DNA of 64,000 nucleotides from the NCBI RefSeq assembly GCF_902459465.1, contig NC_047074.1, positions 8,494,001 through 8,558,000 on the forward strand, written 5' to 3'. This DNA comes from Asterias rubens. Taxonomy: Eukaryota. The notes below the pieces were generated by a model. The model saw only the letters and a program-made list of their open reading frames with translations, searched no databases and had not been told where the DNA came from. The number at the start of each line of letters is the position of its first letter. The stretch's first letter is position 1. This document shows, one piece after another, positions 12,890 through 24,800 of this stretch. The position numbers and the translations under genes are program-made.

Positions 12890-15800
12890 ATGGGTGACCA
12901 GGTCTACTATGTGAGACAAACTGGGACCATGGGACGAGGAAGAGGACGGGGAGGAGGTCGTCGTTCAATGTCTCGGTCCCCGACTCGTATGGCTATGAGT
13001 CAGAATGGCCGTAACACCGTAAGACGCAAAGGCGGTCCGCATGCACGGGGAAGAAGCAGTTCGAACGGCCCGGGAGGCAGCCGTCAAAAGACCTTTTCCC
13101 GGCTGATCTTCCTCGGTGCTTCCAAAATGAGGAGTGGCGAGCCAGGTGTGCAGGAGTTGTCACAACTGGTAGAGGAGATCCGAGGGCGCGCTAAGGCGTA
13201 TAAAGAGCGAGGTGTCGCCATACCTTTCTACGCCATGAATATCACCGAGAAACAGGTGTCTTTTATGGAAGTCCGTAAGTTTGTAGTGCTCTAATCATAA
13301 TCACCACAAATCCGTCAAATCATCGCGAACACTAAACCCTCGATAGCGTTAAATATCGCAGGCCCGTATAATTGCTCGTTCGTTTTTGAAAGAGCAAGGG
13401 CACTGAGGCATCCTTTGTAAAGGGCACCCTATGAGGAAAATTGTAAATTATTTTCTACTTGAGCATTTTCATCAAGGCAATTACTAGAGGCATCGGGGCA
13501 ATTGCATCCAATGCCTCCGTGAAGTATCAGACCTAATATCGCCAATCTCTCCGGATAACATGCAACCAATGTTCTGCTTCATGAGTACTAAATATTAAAT
13601 CAACCCGAATCCACTTTTCGTTCACTGTAAAGGTTGAAAAGGTTTCTCTGCCAGCCCTATACAATGTAGTTGATGACTGGGCCCAATTTCATAGAGCTGC
13701 TAAGCACAACAATTTGCTTAGCATGAAATTTCTTCCTTGATAAAAACAGGATTACCAACCAAATTTTCACGTGATTTTCAGGATAAGCAAAGAACAGCTA
13801 AATACCAGTAACACGCAATATGCAACAAATGGAAATTTGGTTGGTAATCTTGTTTTTATCAAGGAAGAAATTTCATGCTAAGCAAATTTGTTTGCTTAGC
13901 AGCTCTATGAAATTGGGCCCAGATTAAATTGACCAACTTATTCTGTAGTTCATCTTGTTATAATGCTTGTATTTTAAAACCCACTCCCACATTGTGCTCA
14001 ATGTGTGAACTTGACGAGACGAACAAAGGCGCGCATAAGTTACAATTTTGATTACCAGTCAAAGAGCACGTACACGGACCAAAGGCCGAAGCCGTGAAAC
14101 TGTTCTTCCATCCCGTATAGTTGGGAATGCAGTTTCGATACATTTGGTTTCTCAATGTGTTAATGAGTTTATAGTTCAGTTACTTATTCACCTGGTATTT
14201 ATTTTGTAAAAACTAGTTTTCGTTTAGAGCTTGTGGTTGGATTTGATGTCAAATTAATACGTCTACAAAATATAGTTGGGCCTAAAGTTAGTCAGACTTT
14301 TTACTTCAGAGTTTCTTGCGTTCGTGTTTGGTTGTTGTAATATGCTGCTGCTGTTCTTTAACAAATGCTGCTGTTGCTGACTTTCTTTTTGCCTCCAAAT
14401 GAAGGAAATGTTACGGCATAAACCGGGCCCAATTTCACAAAGCTGCTTTTTGCACTGCGCGATTTCCACTTCATAGCGATGCACACGAAAAGGTATGTTA
14501 ACCTTACGTAAAGTGCACGAACATGAATGACGTCACAATGCAAATCCATGTGAACGTGTCAGATGGCCGCCCAGTTGACACCTTAGCAAATTTGTCTGCT
14601 ACAGTAAGCACGAACAATTTGCCTTCCGTAAAGCAGCGCTACAAATTGGGCCCTGGTTTTAATTAAGGTTCTCGTCGGCCGAAGCTCTCAGTCTCAATCT
14701 GACACTTTATACTGGAGTTTGAAACTTCTTGAAAAGTGCCTAGTTTAGACGACAAAGTACCAATCACTGACTCCTTTCCCCTGTCCTATCTTTGACAGAG
14801 ACGAGAGATGTTCAGCACATCCCAATAAATCTGATCCATTTCGTCGCTGCCGACCCGCGTCATAGCAACATCTTCTCCATGGTGGCCAGAGGTAAAGGGA
14901 ACCGTTTCGTGTGCCACGTCTTCGAGTGTAACACCCCGAGGCAGTGCGGGGTCATCACGTCCACCCTGTCCGAGGCGTTCCGTGTCGGGTATGAGAACTG
15001 GATCCATGTGGAGGAGAACCAACGCAGATTGGCCGAGAGGAGGGAAATGGACATGGGAGGACTTGGTAAGTTTAGGATTAGTGGAAATGGACATGGGAGG
15101 ACTTAGTAAGTTTAGGATTAGTGGGATGGACATGGGAGGACTTGATAAGTTTATGAATAGTTGAAAAGGACATGGGAGGACTTGGTAAGTTTAGATTAGT
15201 GGGAATTGACATAATAATTATGGGATGACTTGGTAGGATAAGTGGGAATGGACATGGGTGAACTTGGTAAAGTTTATGAATAGTTGAAAAGGACATGGGA
15301 GGACATGCTAAGTTTATGAGGGATTGACATTGGATAAAGTAGGACTTTTACAAGTTTGGGAATGGGGTTTAAAATTGGTAGTCGGGCTTAGACATATAGG
15401 AGGGCTTGGGAAAATTGATGATAATGATACTACATCCTGAAAGGTTTTGAAGTTTTGAAAAATTATTAATGGTGGCCAAATTTTCAGAAAAATTACATCA
15501 AACTGATTTTTAATTTGTTTTCCCACTACATTAGTTATGAAATCAAGACCATTTGTATTATTATTATTTTGTGTTTGCAATACTTTCAGTAATAAATATT
15601 TCTCAAAACAATCGGAACTGAAGAAAACAAGCAAGCTTCATTTCCCCCCAAAATACTTTATTTAAATGTTACATTATTACCATGCAGTAAGATTAGATAT
15701 GTTGTCCATATAGACCTAAGGTTTGGATGCTGTATTAAAAATTATATGCTTTTTGAGGTTGAACAAAGAATTGACTAGAGTGGGATTCGAACGAACGACC

Positions 15801-16292
15801 TCCGGATTAACGTGCCGGCTCTCTACCAATTGAGCTATCTAGCCCATGTTGGTGGTGTCCCTAGTTTGTCAATATCTTTGTTTGGGGGTGCCCAAAATTA
15901 AAAGCAAATGAAATCTTACAGAACACTTGATCAAAATCAAATGTTGATAAAATGTTAATTTTTCTCTTAAAGACTATTTTCAAGAATGGGACGACCACGC
16001 CCCACATGGCACGCCAGTCGTCAACATCGTCGAACGCTACAACAGGGGCATCTCTTGTCCAAGAAACTTCGTGAGGCCCCAAGACGAGTTACCTGTCCTC
16101 CCGGACCGCCTCATCGTCACCCAGGGCGGCCGAGAGGTCAATGGAGAACCCTCATCCATGAGGTACTCGTTCGAGGATGAAGAAGAGGAGTTTGATGACT
16201 ACCCGGTGGAAGAGGTCTACGTTAGGTCTGGTGGTGGGGGGCGTCGCCGGAACCAGCCTGTTGTCTACGACGTACGCCCTGACTGGGACTAA
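12890..16292 (+). CDS. PTB/PID-domain adaptor protein, isoform with first exon B (319 aa); exons 12890-13274, 14799-15065, 15985-16292
   Basis: Canonical splice sites; exon lengths 385+267+308 = 960 nt keep frame. PTB motifs IFLGA, IPINLIHFVAAD, FVCHVFEC and ITSTLSEAF, with an acidic Tyr-containing C-terminal tail ending in TAA. Confidence 0.85.
13680..13919. mobile_element. Harbinger-like MITE (family H, complete)
   Basis: TIRs ggcccaatttcatagagctgctaagca / tgcttagcagctctatgaaattgggcc, flanked by CTG and CAG. Confidence 0.75.
14426..14652. mobile_element. Harbinger-like MITE (relative of family H)
   Basis: ggcccaatttcac...aaattgggcc termini, flanked by ccg and ctg. Confidence 0.6.
15047..15330 (+). 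repeat. Minisatellite of about 40 bp spanning an exon end and its 5' splice site
   Basis: Unit atggacatgggaggacttggtaagtttaggattagtggaa, about 7 degenerate copies; the first two begin at 15047 and 15087. Confidence 0.85.
15773..15846 (-). pseudogene. tRNA-like element with a GTT (Asn) anticodon loop; probably a SINE head or tRNA pseudogene
   Basis: The reverse complement gggctagatagctcaattggtagagagccggcacgttaatccggaggtcgttcgttcgaatcccactctagtc has A-box and B-box motifs and an anticodon arm. The acceptor stem is imperfect. Confidence 0.55.
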
Positions 16293-16312
16293 GGCCAGGT
16301 ACTAGATCAGAC

Positions 16313-16660
16313 GTTGATTTCACAAAGATAGTCCTAACTTAGGGTTAGTCCTAGACTTGGTTCCAAGTCTTTGATCGTGGCTTTTTGAGTCCTCCTGCTG
16401 ATAGCTTCTACATTATTGGCCGAAACAGTGCCCTCTTGTTTCGGGTTAGGCGCTTGATTACTAATAATGTGGGGGCGTTTTTCGTGGCTGAGATGCAGAG
16501 GAATAACCCGATCTAAGACTTGAAATCGAGTCTAGGTTAGTCCTTACGTAGGGTTAGTCCTAGGACTCTGATAAGCTGAAAAGTAGCATGCCTGTATAAG
16601 TTCAGACGAAAAGCTCATCGTTACTGGAGATAAGACTAGTCTTTAACTCTTTGTGAAATC
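16313..16660. mobile_element. MITE with gatttcacaaaga...tctttgtgaaatc TIRs and internal agtccta motifs
   Basis: Inverted termini; a shorter relative lies at 57851-57985. Confidence 0.6.
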
Positions 16661-17443
16661 TACATCTGATGAGGATAGGACGTTGAATATACAAATTTCT
16701 ATCTTAAGGTGGAATTCGAAATAATTATTTACTCATATCTGTAATGAGAATTTTAATCACCGGTTACAAGTATAGCCAGCATTTTGTTTGTTTTTTTGCC
16801 ATCATGCCACGCACTGGAATACCCAGTCTAGTCTCATGAAACTACATAGTAGATCTTTTGGAATAAAACAGAAAGTCTCACCAGTCCAGTTATTTTGGCT
16901 GAATTTCACAAAGCTGCTTAAGCTGAAAATACTTCTAAACAAAATTCTGCTGTGCATATTAAAGCAGAATACCACTCATCGATGGTACATGTGAAATGGA
17001 ATTTTGGTCGATGACTTTACTTCCATAAGGAAAATTTGGTTTTGCTTAGCTGTTTTGTGTGCTTAAAAGCTACTCTATGAATTTGGGATCAGTTAGCAAA
17101 CAAAATTTTATAAACTGGACTGCAAAGTTTTGCTAATCAAATGGGTTTGTGATGGTGGGAAAACAAAAACCTCACAAATCACACAAATCAGACAACCATT
17201 CAAGATTCATTGTTACGTAGTCGCACTGGTGTCCATGCAAATTTCTGCACAACAAGTACTCCTCAATGGGATTAATGTAGTAGGTTATCAAAACAAAATT
17301 TGGTCTCTAGTTTTATGACGGATCAAGAAGCAATAATGTTCACACATTTACAAAACTTTGAGATTGCTTGGAATTGTCGTTTGTGGAGACCATGACCAGA
17401 ACATCATAAGAGATTGAATAACAAAAACTTTCATTGGTCTTCT

Positions 17444-17821
17444 AGACAGTGGACACTATTGGTAATTTTCAAAGACCAGTCTTCTCATTTGGTGTATCTC
17501 AACATGTGCATAAAATAACAAACCTGTGAAAATTTGAGCTCAATTGGTCGTCGAAGTTGCGAGATATAAATTTAAAAAAACCACCCTTGTCACTCGAAGT
17601 TGTGTGCATTGAGATGGTTGATTTAGAGACCTCAAATTCTAAATCATGAGGTCTCGAAATCAAATTCGTGCAAAATTACTTCTTTCTCGAAAACTATGGC
17701 AATTCACAGGGAGCCGTTTCTCACAATGTTTTATACCATCAATATCTCCCCATTACTCATCACCAAGTAAGGTTTTATGCTAATAATTATTTTGAGTAAT
17801 TACCAATAGTGTCCACTGCTT
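17444..17821 (-). mobile_element. Kolobok-like MITE, family A
   Basis: agacagtggacactattggtaatt ... aattaccaatagtgtccactgctt-TTAA. Confidence 0.85.
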
Positions 17822-19332
17822 TTAAGTGCAGAGACTTTGTCAACATTAATCCACTCTAAAACTCAATCAAAAGGTTTTCACTGATAAGTCCAACCTCTAC
17901 AAGGTCCCCCGAAATTTCTCATCAGTGAAAAATAAAGTTCACATGTTTTCCATGGGATCGCCAAAAAGGATTTCATTCAAAACAAAATGCAGCCATCAAT
18001 GAAGCCTATACGCTGTGACCTTCCTTCCCATTCAAGTTTGATCTTTTAAAGTTAAAAGGAATCAACGAACCTCCAATCTGAAGGTTTTCTGGTGAAACAC
18101 TTTGTTCAGGTTGTGAAATAATATCCCAAATAGCTTTCAACTTCATTTTTGCCTATGACCCTGAGTTGCTTTGTGATCAAATCTTGATACAAAGGAAACC
18201 AGTAAGGCATCAAAGATAAACTCGCATGGTTGTTTGATTTTCCTCTCAATTAGTTATCAGCAACTCTGTTTTTTCTAGGGGATAGTATTTCACATGGCAG
18301 CCAGTAGAGGATTGTCTGGCCTTTGCTGAGAATAAAACCACAGGGCATGTTTAACAATAGCTGGGATCCTGTTTTATGCTAAAATGCTTGGATGTGGAGA
18401 GCTTTAGTTTTGTGTGTGTGTTATATGCAGCAATCACTGTTAAGAGGTTCACTTGAGTTTCACTTGTAGATTTAGTTTTTGGTACTTTTCCATTGCTTTA
18501 ATTCTATACAGTAAAACTGGAAATTTGATTTCGGAAGGTGGTAGCATTTTCAAGATATCACCAAAAATCTGGAGCAATTATGTCCAAGCAGAAATAACAA
18601 TCCATAATTGGAATACACAATCTGAGAAGTGTACATTTATCTGACTGAAATGTTTCTCAGATCTTGGGGGATAAAAACTGGTATAATAATTTTCTATTAC
18701 CACATTCTTTCATTGTAAAAAAAACTCTCAAAATGCTTTATATTATGAAAGCTGCAGTACTTGTAAATAAGTAAGTTGTTATTGCCATTACATTTAAGAG
18801 TGATAAACAAATGCATACCTTTTTAAGCAAAAACCTTTGCATATCCTTTGCATACTATGCATAAATGAATGAGTTACCTGTGTTTTAGTTAGCAATTTAT
18901 TCATTAAACATGTCTTTGAAGGCAATTTTGTGTACATAACAGATACTGCTGTAATTTGTTTTTAAAATTAAATTCACAAAGTAAGCAAGTAATGTATGCA
19001 TACATGGATGTTAACGAGATGGGGTTCTTATTAATGAGGATATTAACATACAATTAGTTTTAGGTTTTTCTGTATTATATAAAGCAATGCATACTTAATA
19101 GATGTTAAATTTGCATCATGGTTAAAGAATATTTATTTTGGTTTTACCCATAAGTATACACCGTTGTGTTTGCACTGTATATTCAGTATTTCACAGAACT
19201 CATGAAGTACCGAGTATACAGTGCTCACAGACTTCTCGATGTATATGGGTAACACCAAAATAAATATAATGTATGCTTAATTTGTTCAGGGGTGCGATTT
19301 GACGAATTCGAAAGGGGATCCCCCTTATTTAA

Positions 19333-19494
19333 GGGTGCGTTCGTTTAGCTTCCCCCGGTCGACCCCGGTGTGTAGCGTTTTTTTATCCCAGAACCAATGT
19401 GTGTAGATAATTTCCCACGTTCGTTTTGAAAAAAAAAGAAACAAAAAAAAGACACACACCGGGGTCGACCCAGGGAAGCTAAACAAACGCACCC
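19333..19494. mobile_element. Short MITE with long TIRs
   Basis: gggtgcgttcgtttagcttcccccggtcgaccccggtgtgt is inverted as acacaccggggtcgacccagggaagctaaacaaacgcaccc. Confidence 0.7.
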
Positions 19495-20024
19495 AGTTTC
19501 AGATGTTACAATTCATGTTGATATACTGTACTGTGGTTGAAATACAAAACTAGGGGGTTCGGACACAATGTGGACAACTTTTTTTTTTCAATTTGGTGAT
19601 TGTTTTCTTTCGAGGAAATTTTGGAGGCTCAAGGAGTGTTTGAGAAAAATAGTGTATAGTTTTGCATCCTTAGCTTGTTAAGAAAATGCAATTGAGAACT
19701 GATAGTTCCTTAAAATCGATGACAACGGATCTTTCATCACTGAATTACTTGAATTATAAAAAACAGTTTTAGCAAAATGTTGTCATAATAGAAGACAGCA
19801 TTTATCTGTAACTTATGTATTTTTGTATTAAATTTTTAAGGGGAATACAATTATTGTACATAATACTACTGTATCGGTAATAGGGAATTAATAGCCTATT
19901 GAGGATTTATAGATTTTTGTTTAGAATAACTCATTTTTTTTTTATAAACTCTTCACTAAAAATCAGAGATGTGACTTGTTGTTGCATATAATTATTGTTT
20001 ATTATTATTTCATGTACAAATCAG

Positions 20025-20215
20025 GGTCCAATTTCATAGATCTTCTTCAGCAAAACAAGTTGCTGAGCACAAGAAACATGCTTAGAGGAATAAGGTTACC
20101 AGCCAAAATAGTATGTCACATGATGTACCATCTGCAGCTGGTACCCTGCTCATTTTCGCTTAGCAGAAAACAGTTTAGCAACATCCTCTGCTTAAGTAGC
20201 TCTATGATTTGGGTC
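20025..20215. mobile_element. Harbinger-like MITE (family H, degenerate)
   Basis: cag-ggtccaatttcataga ... gtagctctatgatttgggtc. Confidence 0.55.
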
Positions 20216-20560
20216 TAGGAAAACAAATGTAATGTACACATTATATAGACACTTAAGACTAGAAATTATTCTAACGCAATGTTTGCCAAGTTTTGGAGTT
20301 ACAAAATCAAAACCCCAGCGTTGTAAATTGCCTAAATTTGTAAAGTATGTCCGATATGTCATGCTTTCCCAAGTGCTCTTGCAATTAAATGAGTAAAACG
20401 CATTTATAATATTTATGTGTGTTGCTGCTTTTTATTCATAATTTTCAATATGAAAATTTAAGTTAAAAATCTTACTATATACTGTCTGTTACTTTTGAGT
20501 GAAATGTTTTAGTTAAAAAAGCAAGAGTTTGTTCTAATTCTTTGATAAGGGAATAAAAGG

Positions 20561-20698
20561 GTAGCGACGAGTTCTTTGACGGCCGTTTAAAACTGGGAGG
20601 GTTGTTGCCAGGTAAAAAAGGCCTGAGCAGAAGGCGAGGGCCTTATCGAACGGCAACAACCCTGCAAGGTTTTAAACGGCCGTTTAAGGAGTCACTAC
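20561..20698. repeat. Imperfect inverted repeat (foldback element)
   Basis: The arm acggccgtttaaaac...agggttgttgcc pairs with ggcaacaaccct...gttttaaacggccgt. Confidence 0.6.
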
Positions 20699-20844
20699 TC
20701 TTTTATTCCCATTCATCGATAAAGTAAGAAACTGTGTAAAACTTAATGTTTTTGGATGTGCTTGAGCTCTGTACGTCCGTGTGTTGTACTGTTATGACTG
20801 AGACGCCTATTTCCAACAGTTTCCGGATTCGTTCGTGCGCGTAC

Positions 20845-20946
20845 AGTCTTGGTGCAAGACGTTCTCGTTTTCCTTTCACACACAGCGTGGCCAACTCACC
20901 GACAGCGCCCGCATCACCCGTAACAAGAAACGTCTTGCACTTAGAC
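20845..20946. repeat. Imperfect inverted repeat (foldback element)
   Basis: agtcttggtgcaagacgttctcgtt pairs with aacaagaaacgtcttgcacttagact. Confidence 0.6.
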
Positions 20947-21874
20947 TAACCGGTTATAAACAGAGTTCAGCTGGTCATTATCAACCGTTTAAACACCCCC
21001 ACGTGATGCGCTCTCCACCACTAGGAATAGCAAAACTGTCTGAGGTATTTATGAATGTTAATTTAACTGACTATGGTTTGACGCTTGATGTATGATATTT
21101 GGTCTTGTGGAAAAAAGGAAAATTTTGTAAAGTAAAGATTATAAGGGAAGAATTTTGTTGCTGTTGGTACAGAAGCTCTGTGGCTGACGTGTGTACAACC
21201 TAACTATCAAAACAGAACCAAACATGGCAGTCTCATTTTTTGAGAAAGCATCGACCAAGAGTTTGTGTTTTGAACAGATTTTTTGCAAGTTTTAGTTTTT
21301 GGGTTTCTCCCATGTTGGTTTATCTGGAATCTGGTCTGATACGTGTTTTCAAAATCTTAGAAGTATCGTTACTCAGTATATTAAACTTAAAATTGCAAAT
21401 CTCCCTGGCCCAGCTTCACTGAGCTGTCTCCACACAATCAGATAGCTTAGCGTTTTCTCTACTGCAAGCAAAAGTATGATGAGAACCAGTCAAACATAAT
21501 ACCAGTCATACTGTCATTTGGCTGGTAACCATTCCCCCACTAAGCAGGTCTATGAGATTGACAACCGTGACAGAAGTAGCACATAGAGAATGCTGAGCTC
21601 AATCAAAATCCGTGTCTGCTGTGCACGCACTCTTAGTAGTATCAATACCATGTGACATGCCTGTATGGCAAAGTTAAACCAGCTCAACCAATGGGAAAGC
21701 TAGAATATGCCATAGGCCTACAGCTTAAATGGCCGCTCGACCCATATTCACACCGACTACGACACACACAAAATGCTCTGAATTCTATTTCAAATGATAA
21801 CTGAAAACATCTTCTGATATCTACATGTAGAACCAAGAAATCTGTACCATTGATGGATGGCCATTGATGGTTCA

Positions 21875-24800
21875 TCACCTCGACCTCTTTGCCGTCTTGA
21901 TCAACCCATTATCTGTTTGGTATTGTAGTATAAGCCCCTCTTGCACGGCTGGTCTACACGGCTGGTAGTGACTGTACTCCATGCTGTATTCTCCTTTTCC
22001 CTGCGTGGCTGAACGAAGTTCAGTGGCATACCCAAACATATCATTAAGTGGCACCTGCAAAGGAATGGAAGATCAGAGCCAAGCGTTTAGCCAAAACATT
22101 CATGGGGTGATGGAGCATTTGCAACTCAAACTCCTCGGGTGTGGAACCAAGACGTGCGAGATTAAATAGTTTGCATCGAGGATAAAGAATAGTAATTTTG
22201 GTTTAACACATGAATATCGTACTCGGTACTTTCCCGAGCTCTGTGAAAAAAATCACAGGCATAATTACTCGCGTGGGATTCGAACCAACGACCTTTACAA
22301 TTCTAGAGTAGTGTCTAACCAACTAGACTACCGAGATTGCCCGGAAGCTAGGGCAGTTTGATTTTTTTTTTTTTTTAGCGGGTACCATAATGAAATATAT
22401 ACCCATATATACACTTGTGAGATTGTTGGTGATTTCGAGGGCAAACTGATGTCACACCCAATGACATACTGAAACACACAGTAACATGTCATTACCCTTT
22501 CTTATAAATGAAATTATCAAATCTGATTCACTTCAGGACCTCTCCAGAGCGTAAACTCTCATGAGATAATTTCATGGTGTTGAAAAGAACCTTCCCGTTA
22601 CTGTATCTTAGGATGGTACAGGTGGCTAGAACGTAAAGCGCTTTGCCTCTCAGCACTGTGGCCCTGGTTCGATTACCGGCATAGGCCATAAATGATCAAA
22701 ATCGTGCACTACTTCTCTTCTACAATGTATGCCACAAGAAACACGAACACTTCTGATCGCTGGCTGTGCTCTGTGGTTGTACATGTATATGAGCGGATGT
22801 GGCCGACTACCAAAAGGCACCTAAACATGCGTGCGACTCGACCACGTTTTACCAACGATCTTCGCAATTTAGCTACTCAGCTGCAAGTAAAGACGACTAG
22901 CCCCCATAATAATTATGAATGGTTGTTATCTCGGCATGGATGCAAAGTCCCTTCCAACTTACGTCACAGGTGATTGAGAAGTAACCCTCTCCTCCGTCAG
23001 ACCCACTGATGACTCCATTGCGTTTGTTGATCCCTGACAGAACTGCTCCGTGAAACTCTGAGGGCGCTGTGACCTCAACGTTCATGATTGGCTCCAAGAC
23101 ATGGCATTGTACTTCGCTCATTGCTGGTATAACGAACAAAAGATAATATTGCTTTAAGTTGGACCAGATAATAAAAATAATTATAGGTTCTTATTATATC
23201 GCTTTATCACACCCCTAAGGTTGTCTCAAAGCGCTCTGTATTTATTCTTGCAAGGTATGTCGAGCATTCTAAGTATGAGATATTCCTTTCTAGCACCATG
23301 TAATGCTTTACAAGGTGCTGTGGCGCAATATGCTGCAAATCAGACCAGGAACACCGGGGCAAACCCCCTTCTCTTAGGGATATTAATGTGCACTGGGTTC
23401 TTTTACGTGCATTTCACAACACACAGAGCCTACAGCTTTATGTCCCATCCATAGGACGAAGCATCATGGTGAAGTGTCTCGCTTAAGGACACAAGTGTTC
23501 ATGGATTCAAAGATCAAATTCCAGGAATGGAGGCCAGTACAAAGTCTAGACTGTTTGGTGTTTATAGCCAAAGGAATTAAGCAAACCATTTGTTCCTACC
23601 TTCCCTGATAGCACCCAGCCCGGCCAATCTGAATGAAAGCTCACTGGAGTCCACCATGTGATGCTGTCCGTCTTGAAGGCGTATGCAGATACCTGTCACC
23701 TTCTGCCCAATCTGAGGACCTTTCTCTGCCCCTTCTAAGAAACCCTATAAGGATAAAACAGGCAAAAAAAAAAAAAAAAAACATGTTACATGTACCGCCG
23801 GTAACAGTTTTTCTGTTTATTGCTTGCTTAGCAGAAAAATCCTAGGAAAACCTTTTAGCTTAAACACCATGTCACATGTACCGCCATTAACAGGTTTTCT
23901 GTTCATTTTTGCTTAGCAGAAAAATCCTACGAAAACTGTTCAGCTTAAACACCTTGTTACATGTGTCGCCAGCAACAGGTTTTCCCTTTATTTTTGCTAA
24001 GCAGAAAGTTTCTAGGAAATCTTTAAGCTTAAAAACCATGGCGCATGTATCGCCAGTAACAAGTTTTCTGTTTTTTTTTGCTTAGCAGAAATTGTGACAC
24101 TTTCTGAAACATTTATCACATTTGGCTGTGGCTGTTGATTAATTCTTTTCAGTGATCTGGTTTATGAGGCATGGCTGTTGGCTGCAGCGAGCAACCATGG
24201 TTGGAAAGTTCTTTATGTTTTGGAAGCGTACCTTAAAGCCATTATACACTTTCGGCACAGAAAAAAAAAAAAAAGTTCACAGATTTATAACTTACAGGGT
24301 TTACAGAAGGTAATGGTAAAAGACTTCTCTTGAAATATTATTCCATGAAATGCTTTACTTTTAAAGAAAACATTAAAACAATTATCAATTCTCGACATCG
24401 ATAATTACGGATTATAGTAAACACATGTCATGACACAGCGAAACAAGGGTGGGTTTTTTCCCGACTCCAATGACCGATTGAGCCTAAATTTTTACAGGTA
24501 TGTTATTTTATATATAAGTTGTGATACACGAAGTGTGGGCCTTTTGACAATACTGTTTACCAAAAGTGTCCAATGGCTTTAAAGATGAAGCATACCTTTG
24601 GAATTTTGAACTGTTTGATCGTTTTAGTCCTCTATAATGATTGATATATACAAAGTACATCTAACCTGCATGCAAACTGTTTATACATGGCTGATTGACG
24701 TGATTCTTGTTCGAATTCTGAGGCAATTCATTTTTGGTTTCTGATTAATTACCAGTTATCACCATCAGATTGTTTTCATGCTATGCCTTTAACAGGTAAC

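Noticed and set aside
22620-22690. Functional tRNA genes at about 22620 and 29020
   Set aside because: Only A/B-box remnants remain and the stems do not close; these are consistent with SINE heads.
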